60,671 nt of DNA from positions 1 to 60,671 of the forward strand of contig VGLL01000001.1 in assembly GCA_016866735.1 (NCBI GenBank), in the 5' to 3' direction. The stretch comes from Candidatus Shapirobacteria bacterium (GTDB lineage Bacteria; Patescibacteriota; Microgenomatia; VGLL01). The translations under genes were made by a program, and so were the position numbers. Position 1 is the first letter of the stretch. Each line of letters begins with the position of its first letter. Positions 49,027 to 58,807 of the stretch are shown here, piece by piece. The notes under the pieces are model-generated. The model was given only the letters and a program-made list of their open reading frames with translations, was not told where the DNA came from and made no database searches.

Positions 49027-49239
49027 ATGCACAGAATTCCCGTAACTTCATCGAATATTCGCTCAATTGGCTACGATCCGGAATCGCAAATTTTGAAGGT
49101 GGAGTTCAATTCAGGAGAAGTTTATCAATATTTCGATGTTCCCGAGCATCTTTATCAAGAGCTTATGAAAGCCTCATCGCCTGGACGTTTTTTGAATGAT
49201 TATATTAAATATAGTTATCGTTACCAAAAAATTACTTAG
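49027..49239 (+). CDS. KTSC domain protein
   Basis: V.SSNIRSIGYD....L.VEF..G..YQY.DVP......L..A.S.G.F. Confidence 0.92.
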   Translation: MHRIPVTSSNIRSIGYDPESQILKVEFNSGEVYQYFDVPEHLYQELMKASSPGRFLNDYIKYSYRYQKIT

Positions 49240-49242
49240 TGT

Positions 49243-50028
49243 ATGTTTAGTCCCAAAACTGAAAAAATAAAAAAGATCACCGAAAGAAACCAAGAGGCAG
49301 TCGAACGATTAGAAAAGCTTCTTGGAAACTCTACGAGAGTTTATATTGATTACGCCAATGTGCGACCGTGGAGCACAAAACTGCACTGGCACATTGACCT
49401 TAGGCGGCTAAAACAGTTTTTGGATTCTTTTGACACAGTGGGAGCGGTAAGTTTTTACGGTGGCTATATCAAGGGTGACGAACGATCGGAGAGAGAAATA
49501 AAGCAGGTTGAAGATCTGGCATATATTGTGCGGACTAAGCCAGTGAAATTTTTGCGATTTTCCATCAACGCTTCTAGCATTTCGGCAGATTCTACTGCCT
49601 TACTAAAACCATTTATCCGGCGAGCCCTGTTACGAAAGTATGAGGTCTCCACTATCGAATATCTCAACGAACGTTTTGCTGATATGAACAAGAAGGGAGA
49701 ATATTACATTGAAGACAGAAAATGCAATTTTGATGTTGAGATTAGTACCGATATGCTTCTTGATTCTGAACGCAAAAATGGGGAGATTTTTGTTTTATGG
49801 AGTGGCGATAGCGATTTTGCGGAGCCTGTAAAGAAGTTATTGGAGGCAGGCAGAAAGGTGGTATTATGCGCAACGGCGGGGAAAATTTCCAGCGAGCTTA
49901 ATACTCTAAGAGTAAAAGGACTAGAAGTATTTGATATCTTTCACATTAAGGACTTAATTTGCTGGAACAGGGAAATAAATAAAAGGTTAGATAAAAGCAC
50001 AAAGGACTCCGTTTCCGGAGCCCCTTAG
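49243..50028 (+). CDS. NYN (PIN-like) domain protein
   Basis: Motifs YIDYANV, KCNFDVEI..D and LWSGDSDF. Confidence 0.88.
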   Translation: MFSPKTEKIKKITERNQEAVERLEKLLGNSTRVYIDYANVRPWSTKLHWHIDLRRLKQFLDSFDTVGAVSFYGGYIKGDERSEREIKQVEDLAYIVRTKPVKFLRFSINASSISADSTALLKPFIRRALLRKYEVSTIEYLNERFADMNKKGEYYIEDRKCNFDVEISTDMLLDSERKNGEIFVLWSGDSDFAEPVKKLLEAGRKVVLCATAGKISSELNTLRVKGLEVFDIFHIKDLICWNREINKRLDKSTKDSVSGAP

Positions 50029-50054
50029 CACTAGAGTTAGTGATCTTTCGATCA
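49993..50054 (-). ncRNA. Candidate short RNA antisense/convergent to the NYN 3' end
   Basis: Minus-strand TTGACT-16-TATACT at 50088-50061, then two GAAA-capped hairpins and a T-run. Confidence 0.55.
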
Positions 50055-50098
50055 AGGCAAAGTATAGCGCAAAGAAGACAAAAGTCAAGGATCAATTT

Positions 50099-52705
50099 AT
50101 GCTCTACGAAATTTTTAATTCAATTAAGGATTCATTTGGAGCGGATTATTTTACCTCGCGAGTTAGTAATGAAATAGTCCAAAATCTCAATCCAAAGTTT
50201 GAACTGCGAGAATATCAAAAAGAAGCGCTAGGAAGATTCGATTTTTATTTTAATGGCTACCAAAAAAGAAAATTTCCAGCGCAATTACTTTTCCATATGG
50301 CCACCGGTAGTGGCAAGACGCTGATTATGGCCGCCAATATTTTGTCTCTCTACAAACTTGGCTACCGCAACTTCATCTTTTTTGTCAATAGTGTAAATAT
50401 TATTGAAAAAACGCGAGATAATTTTTTAAATCCCCTATCGGAAAAATATCTTTTCTCTCCTACCATTAGGTTTGGCGAAAAACAAATTGAGATTAGAGAA
50501 GGCAAAAATTTTGCGGCCGCAAGCCCCGAAGATATAAATATTCTTTTTACCACAATTCAGGGATTGCATGTTCGCTTGAATTACCCTAAGGAAGATGCTC
50601 TAACCTACGAAGATTTTGCCGACAAAGAAATTATTTTAATTTCTGATGAAGCCCACCACTTGCAGACAATAACAAAAGGCAATAGGGAAGAAATCGAATT
50701 AGAAAAAAGCTGGGAGCATACAGTTGAACGTGTCTTTAGAAGTAATTTTAAAAATATTTTATTGGAGTTTACGGCCACAATTGATTTGGGTAATGAAAAT
50801 ATAAGGCAGAAATACGAAGACAAAATTATCTTTCAATACGACTTAAAGCAGTTCAGGTTAGATAAATACTCAAAAGAAATAGAAGTTTTGCAGGCAGACT
50901 TAGAACCGGTTGACCGGGCCTTACAGGCGGTTATTTTAAGCCAGTATCGCCGCAAGATAGCTGAAAAATACAAGTTGCGCTTAAAGCCGGTACTACTTTT
51001 CAAGTCCAAAAGCATTAAAGAATCAAAAGAAAATTATGATGATTTTTTGGAAAAGATGAAAAACTTGAAGTCAAGCGACTTGCAGGAAATATGTTCCCGA
51101 TCCCAAGGAACAGATATAGAAAAGGCATTTAATTATCTTAAAAAAGAAGACATAACTTTTGACAATTTTATTAAAGAATTACAAGAGGATTTTGCTGAAG
51201 AAAAATGTATGCTTTTGGATTCAGAACATGTAGATGAAGAAAAACAATTAAAACTCAATTCCCTGGAGAACAAAAACAACGAGATAAGGGCAATATTTGC
51301 GGTTAATATGTTAAATGAAGGGTGGGATGTGCTAAATCTTTTTGATATCGTCCGGCTCTATGACACACGCGACGGCAAATACGTTCATGGTAAATATAAG
51401 CCGGGCAACACGACAATGGGAGAAGCCCAACTTATTGGTAGAGGAGCAAGATATTTTCCATTCCAATTAGATGAAGTTCAGGATAAATATAAAAGAAAAT
51501 TTGATGAGGATGCCGAGAATGAATTGCGAGCAGTAGAAACATTATATTATCACAGCGCCCATAACCCCGATTATATTAGTGAGATAAAAAGTGCCCTGAC
51601 GGAAATAGGAATTTTGCCAGAAAAGTATTCTCAATTAGAAATGAAAATTAAAGATGATTTCAAGAAAACGGATTTTTGGAAAGACGGAGTGATTTTTATA
51701 AATGATAGAATAGCGAACCCAAGAACAGAAATTTTTAGTTTAGAAGACGCAAAAGTTGAGCGAAGCTACGCGCATAAATTAAAAACAGGAGAGATAAGAG
51801 AAAAGGTTATTCTAGACGAAGATGAAGAGATTAAGCCAAGAGACGTTGTGCGTAGTAAAATGAAATATAAACTTTCTGATTTCGGAGAAAATATAGTTAG
51901 AAGTGCTTTAGACAAGCTTGAGTTCTATCGATTTGAGACACTAAGAGAATATTTTCCCCACATAAGGTCGGTGAAAGAGTTTATTGCCTCTAATAATTAT
52001 TTAGGTGGAATTGAGATAGAGGTTTCTGGGCCAAAAGATAAACTGAATAAACTACTACCGATTGAGAAATTGGAAATGGCTTTATTTGTAGTTAGAAATG
52101 TAGCGGAAAAGGCAAGGATTAATACCTCGGATTTTGTAGGAACTAATCTATTTAAGGCGAGGTTGTTGCGGCAAGTTTTCAAAGATAAAAAAATCAAAAT
52201 AGACATCGATGAAGTGAAGAACCAAAAATTAGAGAATGTTAATTTGGTCGAGAAAGATTGGTATGCTCAAAATGAATTTTATGGCACGGATGAGGAGCAA
52301 AATTTCATCAACTTCCTCGATGGATTTATAGAGAAATTGAGACAAAAATATTCAGATATGGCCTTACTTCGCAATGAAAAATTTTTTCAAGTTTTTGACT
52401 TTAGTGAAGGTAGAGCGTTTGAGCCGGATTTTTTGATGTTATTAAAGAGAAGAAACCACAAAATTAGTATTTACCAGATTTTTATTGAGCCGAAGGGAGA
52501 TCTATTTAAAGATGGCCAAGGCAGATTTGAAAATTCAAAAGAGGGATGGAAGCAAAAATTTTTGCTTGAGGCGGAAAAACGAGTAAAGATTGACCTAAAA
52601 CTTGAAAGCAAAAACTTTAAACTCATCGGGTTGCCTTTTTACAATGAAAAACTGAAAAGAGAATTTGAAGAAGCTCTTGAAAATAAAATTTTATCTGATC
52701 TGTGA
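50099..52705 (+). CDS. res: Type III restriction endonuclease/helicase subunit
   Basis: LREYQ, MATGSGKT, DEAHH, FTAT, EGWDV, QLIGRGAR and a PD...IEPKG nuclease motif. Confidence 0.93.
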   Translation: MLYEIFNSIKDSFGADYFTSRVSNEIVQNLNPKFELREYQKEALGRFDFYFNGYQKRKFPAQLLFHMATGSGKTLIMAANILSLYKLGYRNFIFFVNSVNIIEKTRDNFLNPLSEKYLFSPTIRFGEKQIEIREGKNFAAASPEDINILFTTIQGLHVRLNYPKEDALTYEDFADKEIILISDEAHHLQTITKGNREEIELEKSWEHTVERVFRSNFKNILLEFTATIDLGNENIRQKYEDKIIFQYDLKQFRLDKYSKEIEVLQADLEPVDRALQAVILSQYRRKIAEKYKLRLKPVLLFKSKSIKESKENYDDFLEKMKNLKSSDLQEICSRSQGTDIEKAFNYLKKEDITFDNFIKELQEDFAEEKCMLLDSEHVDEEKQLKLNSLENKNNEIRAIFAVNMLNEGWDVLNLFDIVRLYDTRDGKYVHGKYKPGNTTMGEAQLIGRGARYFPFQLDEVQDKYKRKFDEDAENELRAVETLYYHSAHNPDYISEIKSALTEIGILPEKYSQLEMKIKDDFKKTDFWKDGVIFINDRIANPRTEIFSLEDAKVERSYAHKLKTGEIREKVILDEDEEIKPRDVVRSKMKYKLSDFGENIVRSALDKLEFYRFETLREYFPHIRSVKEFIASNNYLGGIEIEVSGPKDKLNKLLPIEKLEMALFVVRNVAEKARINTSDFVGTNLFKARLLRQVFKDKKIKIDIDEVKNQKLENVNLVEKDWYAQNEFYGTDEEQNFINFLDGFIEKLRQKYSDMALLRNEKFFQVFDFSEGRAFEPDFLMLLKRRNHKISIYQIFIEPKGDLFKDGQGRFENSKEGWKQKFLLEAEKRVKIDLKLESKNFKLIGLPFYNEKLKREFEEALENKILSDL

Positions 52706-52851
52706 TTACGCGCCAAAAGGTTTAAGTAATATAAAGTTTTACGAATAAAAATGATTAATAGCAAAAGTGATTTTGAGAAATCATATAAAAAGAGAGCGAA
52801 AATAGCCCTAGGCCTAAAGGTTTAAGTATAAAGTTAAAAAAATAGAATCGA

Positions 52852-53049
52852 ATGGAACGCACTTATTGTCCATGGTGTGTCGGGAAGGAGGAATCCCTAA
52901 AGCGTCAGGGAGCTGGTGAATCAGGCGGGATTTGTGAACGCCACCTTAGAGAGCTTTTGGGGGAGGAAAGATACGATCAATATCGCAAACAACATGCCGA
53001 AGGCCAGGCTTTACCAACAGGGGACGAAAGGAAAGAAAATCAGCCTTAA
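52852..53049 (+). CDS. Small Cys/His-motif protein (65 aa)
   Basis: CPWC...GICERH, flanked by imperfect direct repeats. Confidence 0.5.
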   Translation: MERTYCPWCVGKEESLKRQGAGESGGICERHLRELLGEERYDQYRKQHAEGQALPTGDERKENQP

Positions 53050-53195
53050 GCAGATTTAGAACCCTAGGCCCTAAGGATTTAAATGCCACTGTATACAAAT
53101 TAGTATACTGATCAGTATATGGATTTTAATGAGCGAGGGAGAATTGCCAGCCGAACTTTGCTAAATTTACTCCCCTTTTGCTAAACTGATGGTTA

Positions 53196-55052
53196 GTGAT
53201 TAGGCGAATTTTTTCCTCTTTAGTCTATTTGCTATTAGCGGTTATCTTCGGTTGTGTTTTAGCCCTTACTGGCCCACAATTTAATTTGGCCTATGCCGCC
53301 GGGGAGTTTGCCACGACTTATGATATTACCTATGAGGTAAATGAGCAGGGAAAGGCGGTGGTGGTTTCGGATATTTCGCTCATTAATAAGCTTTCCAATA
53401 TTTATGCCACCCAATACCAACTAACTTTGGAAAGGGGAGATATCAGCGGCATTTTAGCCTGGGACAATAAGGGGGCGATTAAGACCGAGGTGGAGAAACA
53501 GGACGAGGCAACGCTGATCCGCTTAAAATTTAACGACCAGATCGTCGGCGTTGGCAAAAACTTACGCTTTACCCTAAAATACGAAATTTCCGATTTTGCC
53601 AAAAAGAACGGTCAAATATGGGAGATCGCGGTTCCGAGAATTTTGGACTTAAAAGAAAGCGAGGTCGCGACGGTGGCCGTCAAGGTTCCTCTCTCTTTTG
53701 GCTCGCCCGCCTTTATTAGTCCTTTGCCAAATTCTACCTCGGAAACAAAATTCTTTCAGATATTAAATTTTAGTAAGGAGAGAATTGGCGATAAGCCGAT
53801 AATTATTGCCCTGGGGGAGTTTCAAATTTTCGACTTTAGCCTAACCTATCATCTCTCCAACTCCAAAGCTGCCCCCGTTTTTACTAAAATTGCCTTTCCC
53901 CCGGATACCAATTACCAGAAGATTGCTTATAACGGCATTCAGCCAAAACCAGAAAATATTGAAGTTGATGGCGACGGCAACTGGCTGGGCACCTATACGC
54001 TTTCTCCCCTGGAAAAAAAGATAGTTAGAGCCACCGGTAAGGTTAAAATTTGGGCTAATCCAAACACCGAGAGAGGAGCAAAACAAGATTTGAAAAAATA
54101 TTTGACACCCCAAAGTTATTGGGAGGTTGAAGATCCGGAGATTAAGAAACTGGCGGCATCGCTAAAGACACCGGAGGCGATATATAACTATGTGGTCGAC
54201 AATCTAAATTATGACTTTAGTAAGGTTGGTTTAAGCAACGAACGGTTGGGCGCGCAGGCCGTTCTAAAAAAGAAGAACAACGCCATTTGCCTGGAATTTA
54301 CTGATCTTTTCATTGCTCTGGCGCGGGCAGCGGGGATTCCCGCTCGGGAGCTAAACGGTTTTGCCTACACGGAAAACCCGAAGCTTAAGCCCTTAAGCGC
54401 CGCCACCGATATTTTGCATTCCTGGCCGGAGTTTTATGACACGAATAAAAGGCTTTGGGTACAGATTGATCCGACCTGGGGCAAGACTTCGGGTGTTGAT
54501 TTCTTTCACAAGCTTGATCTTTCTCACTTTGTTTTTGCCATTCATGGCGCTGATAGCCGTTATCCTCCCGCCGCCGGGTCTTACCGGGAAGAGAATGCCG
54601 TTGGTAAGGATATTAAGGTTAGTTTCGGAGAATATAAAGAGGAGAAAATTCCCGAAATCAATGTTATTTTTAATTTGCCTAAGGCTATATTCCCAGGACA
54701 AAATGTTTCCGGGAGTATCTTAGTAACAAATTTAGGCCCTGGAGCCCTCTATAACGTACCAATCAGCATCGAAAGCCGAAGCCTTTCACTTAGCTCACCT
54801 GTCGAGATGACGATTGAAAGCCTGGTTCCATTTGCCCAGAAGGAAATTCCGGTAAGTTTTAACAGGAGGATTTCCCTCAAGGCGGAAACAGCGAAAGTGG
54901 ATGTTTTGGTAAACGGGGAAAATTTTAGCTATAATTTACAGATTGAGCCAATCCTGTTTCAGTTGCTGCTAATATTATTAATCAGTGCGTCCCTTATTGT
55001 CATTATCGTCTTATCCGCAAAAGCCAGGCGTTTATCTCTTCCGCAACAGTAA
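53196..55052 (+). CDS. Secreted/membrane-anchored transglutaminase-like protein
   Basis: Signal peptide, CLEFTDLF..L.RA.GIPAR, HSWPE, IDPTWG triad and a C-terminal TM helix. Confidence 0.88.
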   Translation: MIRRIFSSLVYLLLAVIFGCVLALTGPQFNLAYAAGEFATTYDITYEVNEQGKAVVVSDISLINKLSNIYATQYQLTLERGDISGILAWDNKGAIKTEVEKQDEATLIRLKFNDQIVGVGKNLRFTLKYEISDFAKKNGQIWEIAVPRILDLKESEVATVAVKVPLSFGSPAFISPLPNSTSETKFFQILNFSKERIGDKPIIIALGEFQIFDFSLTYHLSNSKAAPVFTKIAFPPDTNYQKIAYNGIQPKPENIEVDGDGNWLGTYTLSPLEKKIVRATGKVKIWANPNTERGAKQDLKKYLTPQSYWEVEDPEIKKLAASLKTPEAIYNYVVDNLNYDFSKVGLSNERLGAQAVLKKKNNAICLEFTDLFIALARAAGIPARELNGFAYTENPKLKPLSAATDILHSWPEFYDTNKRLWVQIDPTWGKTSGVDFFHKLDLSHFVFAIHGADSRYPPAAGSYREENAVGKDIKVSFGEYKEEKIPEINVIFNLPKAIFPGQNVSGSILVTNLGPGALYNVPISIESRSLSLSSPVEMTIESLVPFAQKEIPVSFNRRISLKAETAKVDVLVNGENFSYNLQIEPILFQLLLILLISASLIVIIVLSAKARRLSLPQQ

Positions 55053-56241
55053 CGGTAAGGTAATTTACGTCGGCAAGGCAATCAATCTTAGAAATAGAGT
55101 CAGCTCCTATTTTTCCGGCCTTGATCTTGGCCCGAAAACGCGCCTGCTTGTTTCCCAGATTGCTAAAATCGAGACTCGTCTGGTTGAGTCGGAGCTCGAG
55201 GCGCTTTTGCTGGAGGCCGCCCTAATTAAAAAGTATCAACCGAAATACAATATTAAGGCTAAAGACGATAAGAGCCCGCTATACATAAAGGTTACTCGAG
55301 AAAAAGTTCCCTTGGTGACTACCGCCCGCCAAATTGGAGACGGCTCTATTTTTGGCCCATTTCCGCAAGCCCGGACGGTCAAAATGGTTTTAAAGACTTT
55401 GCGCAGTATTTTTCCCTACCGGACCAGCAGGCACCACCAAAAAGGCAAATGCTTGTATTGCCACCTTGGCCTTTGCCCGGGGCCGCTTTTGTCTAATAAG
55501 GAAAAAAAGGAATACGGCCGCTCCGTCCGTCTGCTGCGCCAATTCCTAGGGGGACAAAAAAAGAGCGTCTTGCGGGCGCTTGAAAAAGAGATGAAGGCTG
55601 GCGCGAAGGCAGAGGATTTTGAAAAAGCAGCCCAAATTCGTGATCAAATATTGGCTATTAAAATTGTGACCAGCCCGCGGCGAAAAGTAAGCGACTATCT
55701 CAAAAATCCCAACTTAGTAGAAGATCAAAGGCGGCAAGAACTTAGAGAGTTAGAAAGCATTCTGGGGGTAGCCGTTAATACGATTGAGGGTTATGACGTT
55801 TCCAACCTTGTCGGTAAGCAAGCTACGGGAGCAATGGTCACTTTTTCTGCCGGCGAACCGGTAAAAAGCCTATATCGACGGTTTCGCATAAAATTTTCCG
55901 CGCGACCTAACGACTTAGTTATGATCAGCGAAGTTTTGAAAAGAAGATTGGCCCATTCCGGGTGGCCACTTCCTGATTTAATTTTAGTTGACGGAGGAAA
56001 AGCCCAGGTTAAAATCGGCTTAGCGGTTTTAAAAGAACATAATTTTCAAATTCCCGCGATTGGCTTAGCGAAGAGAATGGAGGAAGTCGTTATTTTTAGA
56101 GAAAAGGAAAAGGCATGGGTGGTGAGGCGCTTACCCCAAGATTCACCTGCCCGGAAACTTTTAGAACGCGTCCGTGATGAAGCGCACCGTTTTGCCCGAA
56201 CCTACCATTTGCTTTTAAGGAAAAAAATGAGTATGCTTTAG
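54985..56241 (+). CDS. uvrC: UvrC-like excinuclease subunit (short, no C-terminal HhH)
   Basis: PGVYLF..IYVGKA..LR.RV.SYF, a UVR domain, IEGYDVSN, LVDGGK.Q and RDEAHRFA. Confidence 0.9.
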   Translation: MRPLLSLSSYPQKPGVYLFRNSNGKVIYVGKAINLRNRVSSYFSGLDLGPKTRLLVSQIAKIETRLVESELEALLLEAALIKKYQPKYNIKAKDDKSPLYIKVTREKVPLVTTARQIGDGSIFGPFPQARTVKMVLKTLRSIFPYRTSRHHQKGKCLYCHLGLCPGPLLSNKEKKEYGRSVRLLRQFLGGQKKSVLRALEKEMKAGAKAEDFEKAAQIRDQILAIKIVTSPRRKVSDYLKNPNLVEDQRRQELRELESILGVAVNTIEGYDVSNLVGKQATGAMVTFSAGEPVKSLYRRFRIKFSARPNDLVMISEVLKRRLAHSGWPLPDLILVDGGKAQVKIGLAVLKEHNFQIPAIGLAKRMEEVVIFREKEKAWVVRRLPQDSPARKLLERVRDEAHRFARTYHLLLRKKMSML

Positions 56242-56244
56242 CAA

Positions 56245-56646
56245 GTGAAATCAATAATCCGCTCACTCGCGATTAATTTTTTTACCATTTGGTTTTTTAG
56301 CCAAGTATACCCCGGGGTTAAAATTGAGGGCGGTTACCTAACTATTTTCTGGGCGGCCGTTGCCTTTGGCCTGCTTAACCTCATCGTCAGACCAGTCTTG
56401 AGCCTGCTGCTTTTGCCCATTAACCTTCTTACCTTAGGCGCATTCCGTTTCGTCATCGGGGTAATTATTCTTTTTCTTCTCGCCGTTATTGTACCCGGCT
56501 TTTCCCTGCAATCCTTTTCCTTCGGCGGGTTTTCCAATAGCGGCATTGTTCTTCCCGCCGCCCATATCTCTCTCCTCTGGTCTTATGTCATCGGATCGTT
56601 TATAATTAGCATCATCAACTCTTTTATCGTATGGCTTTTACAATAA
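56245..56646 (+). CDS. 4-TM membrane protein (YvlD/phage-holin-like family)
   Basis: GLLN..VRPVL.LL.LPINLLTLG.F. Confidence 0.8.
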   Translation: MKSIIRSLAINFFTIWFFSQVYPGVKIEGGYLTIFWAAVAFGLLNLIVRPVLSLLLLPINLLTLGAFRFVIGVIILFLLAVIVPGFSLQSFSFGGFSNSGIVLPAAHISLLWSYVIGSFIISIINSFIVWLLQ

Positions 56647-56861
56647 AGGACATCCTAACCATCATTCAAATCGTCATTTCCCTCTTGCTTATCGTGGTGA
56701 TTCTGTTGCAGGCGCAGGGAGAAGGCCTGGGGGTGTTGGGCGGCCAGGGAGGCGAATTTTTTCAATCCAAAAGAGGAATTGAGAAACTTCTTTTTCGGAC
56801 CACCATTGTCCTGGCCAGCCTTTTCTTTGTTTCTTCCATCATCCAGCTTCTAATCAAGTAG
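56631..56861 (+). CDS. secG: Preprotein translocase subunit SecG
   Basis: Two TM helices with ILLQ..G.GLG..GG and RG.EK.L...T. Confidence 0.9.
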   Translation: MAFTIKDILTIIQIVISLLLIVVILLQAQGEGLGVLGGQGGEFFQSKRGIEKLLFRTTIVLASLFFVSSIIQLLIK

Positions 56862-56862
56862 A

Positions 56863-58221
56863 ATGGCGGTTTTTATGAAGAAAGCAAGATTTGTCTTTAG
56901 GTTATTTTTTGCCTTCGTAAAACAGCACTTCAACCTGATTGCTCTTGGTTTTCTGGTGGGCTTAGCTACATTTTTTTCCTTAAGCACTTTTCGGAAACAT
57001 TTGCCGCAGAAAAAACTCGTAAAAATAGGCATTGTCGGCCAGTTTACGGCAGAAGAGCCGCCCCCAGAGATTAGCCAGCTTTTGTCCCGCGGCCTGACGA
57101 GGCTTTTGCCTGACGGTACCGCGACGGGCTCTTTAGCCTTGGATTGGGAAGTTTTGGACCAGGGCAAAACTTATAAATTCTTTCTTCGCGACGACGCTTT
57201 TTGGCATGACGGAAAAAGAGTTACGGCCAAGGACATAGCTTACGATTTTAAAAATGCCCTGGTAGAGCCTGCGGGAGATTTCCAAGTTAAGGTTAGCCTC
57301 AAAGAGCCTTTTTCTCCTCTTCCGGTGGTGCTTTCCCGGCCCGTTTTCAGGAAGGGCAATCTGGGTAACGGAACTTATCGGACCAAAAAAATAGAGAGAA
57401 CGGGAAGGTTTCTAAGGCGCCTTGATCTTGCTCCGGCGAAAGAGGGTCTGGCCAGCTTAAGTTTTCGCTTTTATCCCACTGAAGAATCCGCCAAAATCGG
57501 TTTTAAGCTTGGCGAAGCTGATATTTTGCAGAGCATGAGCGATCCGGGCGAACTGGCCAATTATAGGGGGGTAAGAATTAGGTCGGAGATTCGGCAAAAC
57601 CAATACTCGGCGATTTTTTTTAATACCAAGAAGGCCGGACTAGAAGTAAAAAGTTTTCGTCAAGCCCTGGCTTACGCGCTCAAAAAAGAGAAGGGGGCCA
57701 TAAGGGCCATTACTCCCATCAGCGGCCTATCCTGGGCCTTTAACGCCAACGTCAAACCTTACGAGCAGGATCTGGGTTGGGCGAAGAAAATGATCGAGAA
57801 GGAACGCCCAACTGACAATATCGAGCTCTCCGTGTTTCCCTCTTTGATTCCCTTAAGCAACGAGGTGGTGAAAGATTGGGAGGCGCTAGGGGTAAGAACA
57901 GACATAAAGGTGACCAACTCTGTGCCTGAAGACTTTCAGGCTCTACTTGCGACCTGGGAAATACCGCCGGATCCTGATCAATACTCATTTTGGCATTCCA
58001 CTCAAACGGGAAACCTGACCGGCTTGGTCAACCCCCGAATTGATAAGCTTCTAGAGGAAGGGCGCAAGATTGCCGAGCGAGCCGACAGGCGGTCTCTTTA
58101 TTTAGATTTTCAAAAATTCTTAGTTGAGGAATGCCCCGCTGTTTTTCTGCGCCACCCCCTGCTTTACACCATAAGCCGTGAGGGATTACCCGAGGAACTT
58201 GACAAGAATTTAGAGTTATGA
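56863..58221 (+). CDS. ABC transporter substrate-binding protein, family 5
   Basis: Motifs GL....DG, WHDGK.VTA.D, RQAL.YA, DPD.Y.FWHS and Y..FQ. Confidence 0.85.
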   Translation: MAVFMKKARFVFRLFFAFVKQHFNLIALGFLVGLATFFSLSTFRKHLPQKKLVKIGIVGQFTAEEPPPEISQLLSRGLTRLLPDGTATGSLALDWEVLDQGKTYKFFLRDDAFWHDGKRVTAKDIAYDFKNALVEPAGDFQVKVSLKEPFSPLPVVLSRPVFRKGNLGNGTYRTKKIERTGRFLRRLDLAPAKEGLASLSFRFYPTEESAKIGFKLGEADILQSMSDPGELANYRGVRIRSEIRQNQYSAIFFNTKKAGLEVKSFRQALAYALKKEKGAIRAITPISGLSWAFNANVKPYEQDLGWAKKMIEKERPTDNIELSVFPSLIPLSNEVVKDWEALGVRTDIKVTNSVPEDFQALLATWEIPPDPDQYSFWHSTQTGNLTGLVNPRIDKLLEEGRKIAERADRRSLYLDFQKFLVEECPAVFLRHPLLYTISREGLPEELDKNLEL

Positions 58222-58234
58222 CAATATTTAAGTA

Positions 58235-58807
58235 TTGACTGTGAATCATAAGCTTGTCCGGAAAATATCATTGTGCCTTTTCTTTTTTACCCTGGCGCCG
58301 CTAATTTTGGCCTTGAGTTTGCTTTCCCTGCGCGGCGGGAAAAAGCAATTTGGGGTGATTGCCCCTTCTCTCTACGCGGCGGTTCCGGAGTCAGCCGGTC
58401 AGGTTAGCGGGGTTTTTGCCACCGATGATGCTCGTCCGGTAATGGTGAGAAAATATTTGGAAAAATATAACTCGCCCCTTTTGCCTTATGCCAAGCTCAT
58501 CCTTAGTCTTTCAGAAAAATATCAGGTTGACTTTCGTTTGCCTCTGGCGATTGCCCAATGCGAGTCTAATGTCTGCAAGAAGATTCCCGAAGATTCCTTC
58601 AATTGCTGGGGCTTCGAGAATGGCGCCACCAAATTTAATTCCTGGGAACATGCCCTGGAGAGAGTCTTTGCCACCCTAAAGACCGGCTATATCGATAAGG
58701 GCTTGGTTACCCCCGAACAGATTATGCCCAAATATGCCCCGCCAAGCGTCGAGAAGGGTGGGCCTTGGGCCAAATGCGTCAGCCAATTTTTAAAGGAAAT
58801 GGAGTAA
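58235..58807 (+). CDS. Membrane-anchored lysozyme-like/glucosaminidase-like protein
   Basis: TM helix followed by L.KYNSPL, AIAQCES, NCWGF and Y.PP...W. Confidence 0.6.
   Translation: MTVNHKLVRKISLCLFFFTLAPLILALSLLSLRGGKKQFGVIAPSLYAAVPESAGQVSGVFATDDARPVMVRKYLEKYNSPLLPYAKLILSLSEKYQVDFRLPLAIAQCESNVCKKIPEDSFNCWGFENGATKFNSWEHALERVFATLKTGYIDKGLVTPEQIMPKYAPPSVEKGGPWAKCVSQFLKEME

Noticed and set aside
48742..50124. CRISPR array interpretation of the 27-bp repeats
   Set aside because: The spacing is 258 and about 1100 bp, the repeat is the res coding start, and no cas genes are present.
53089..53105. LexA box upstream of the transglutaminase-uvrC genes
   Set aside because: The CTGT half-site lacks the matching ACAG at the right spacing.
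2118..58679. Numerous short antisense or out-of-frame ORFs inside long genes
   Set aside because: They are shadows of well-supported genes with no recognisable motifs.
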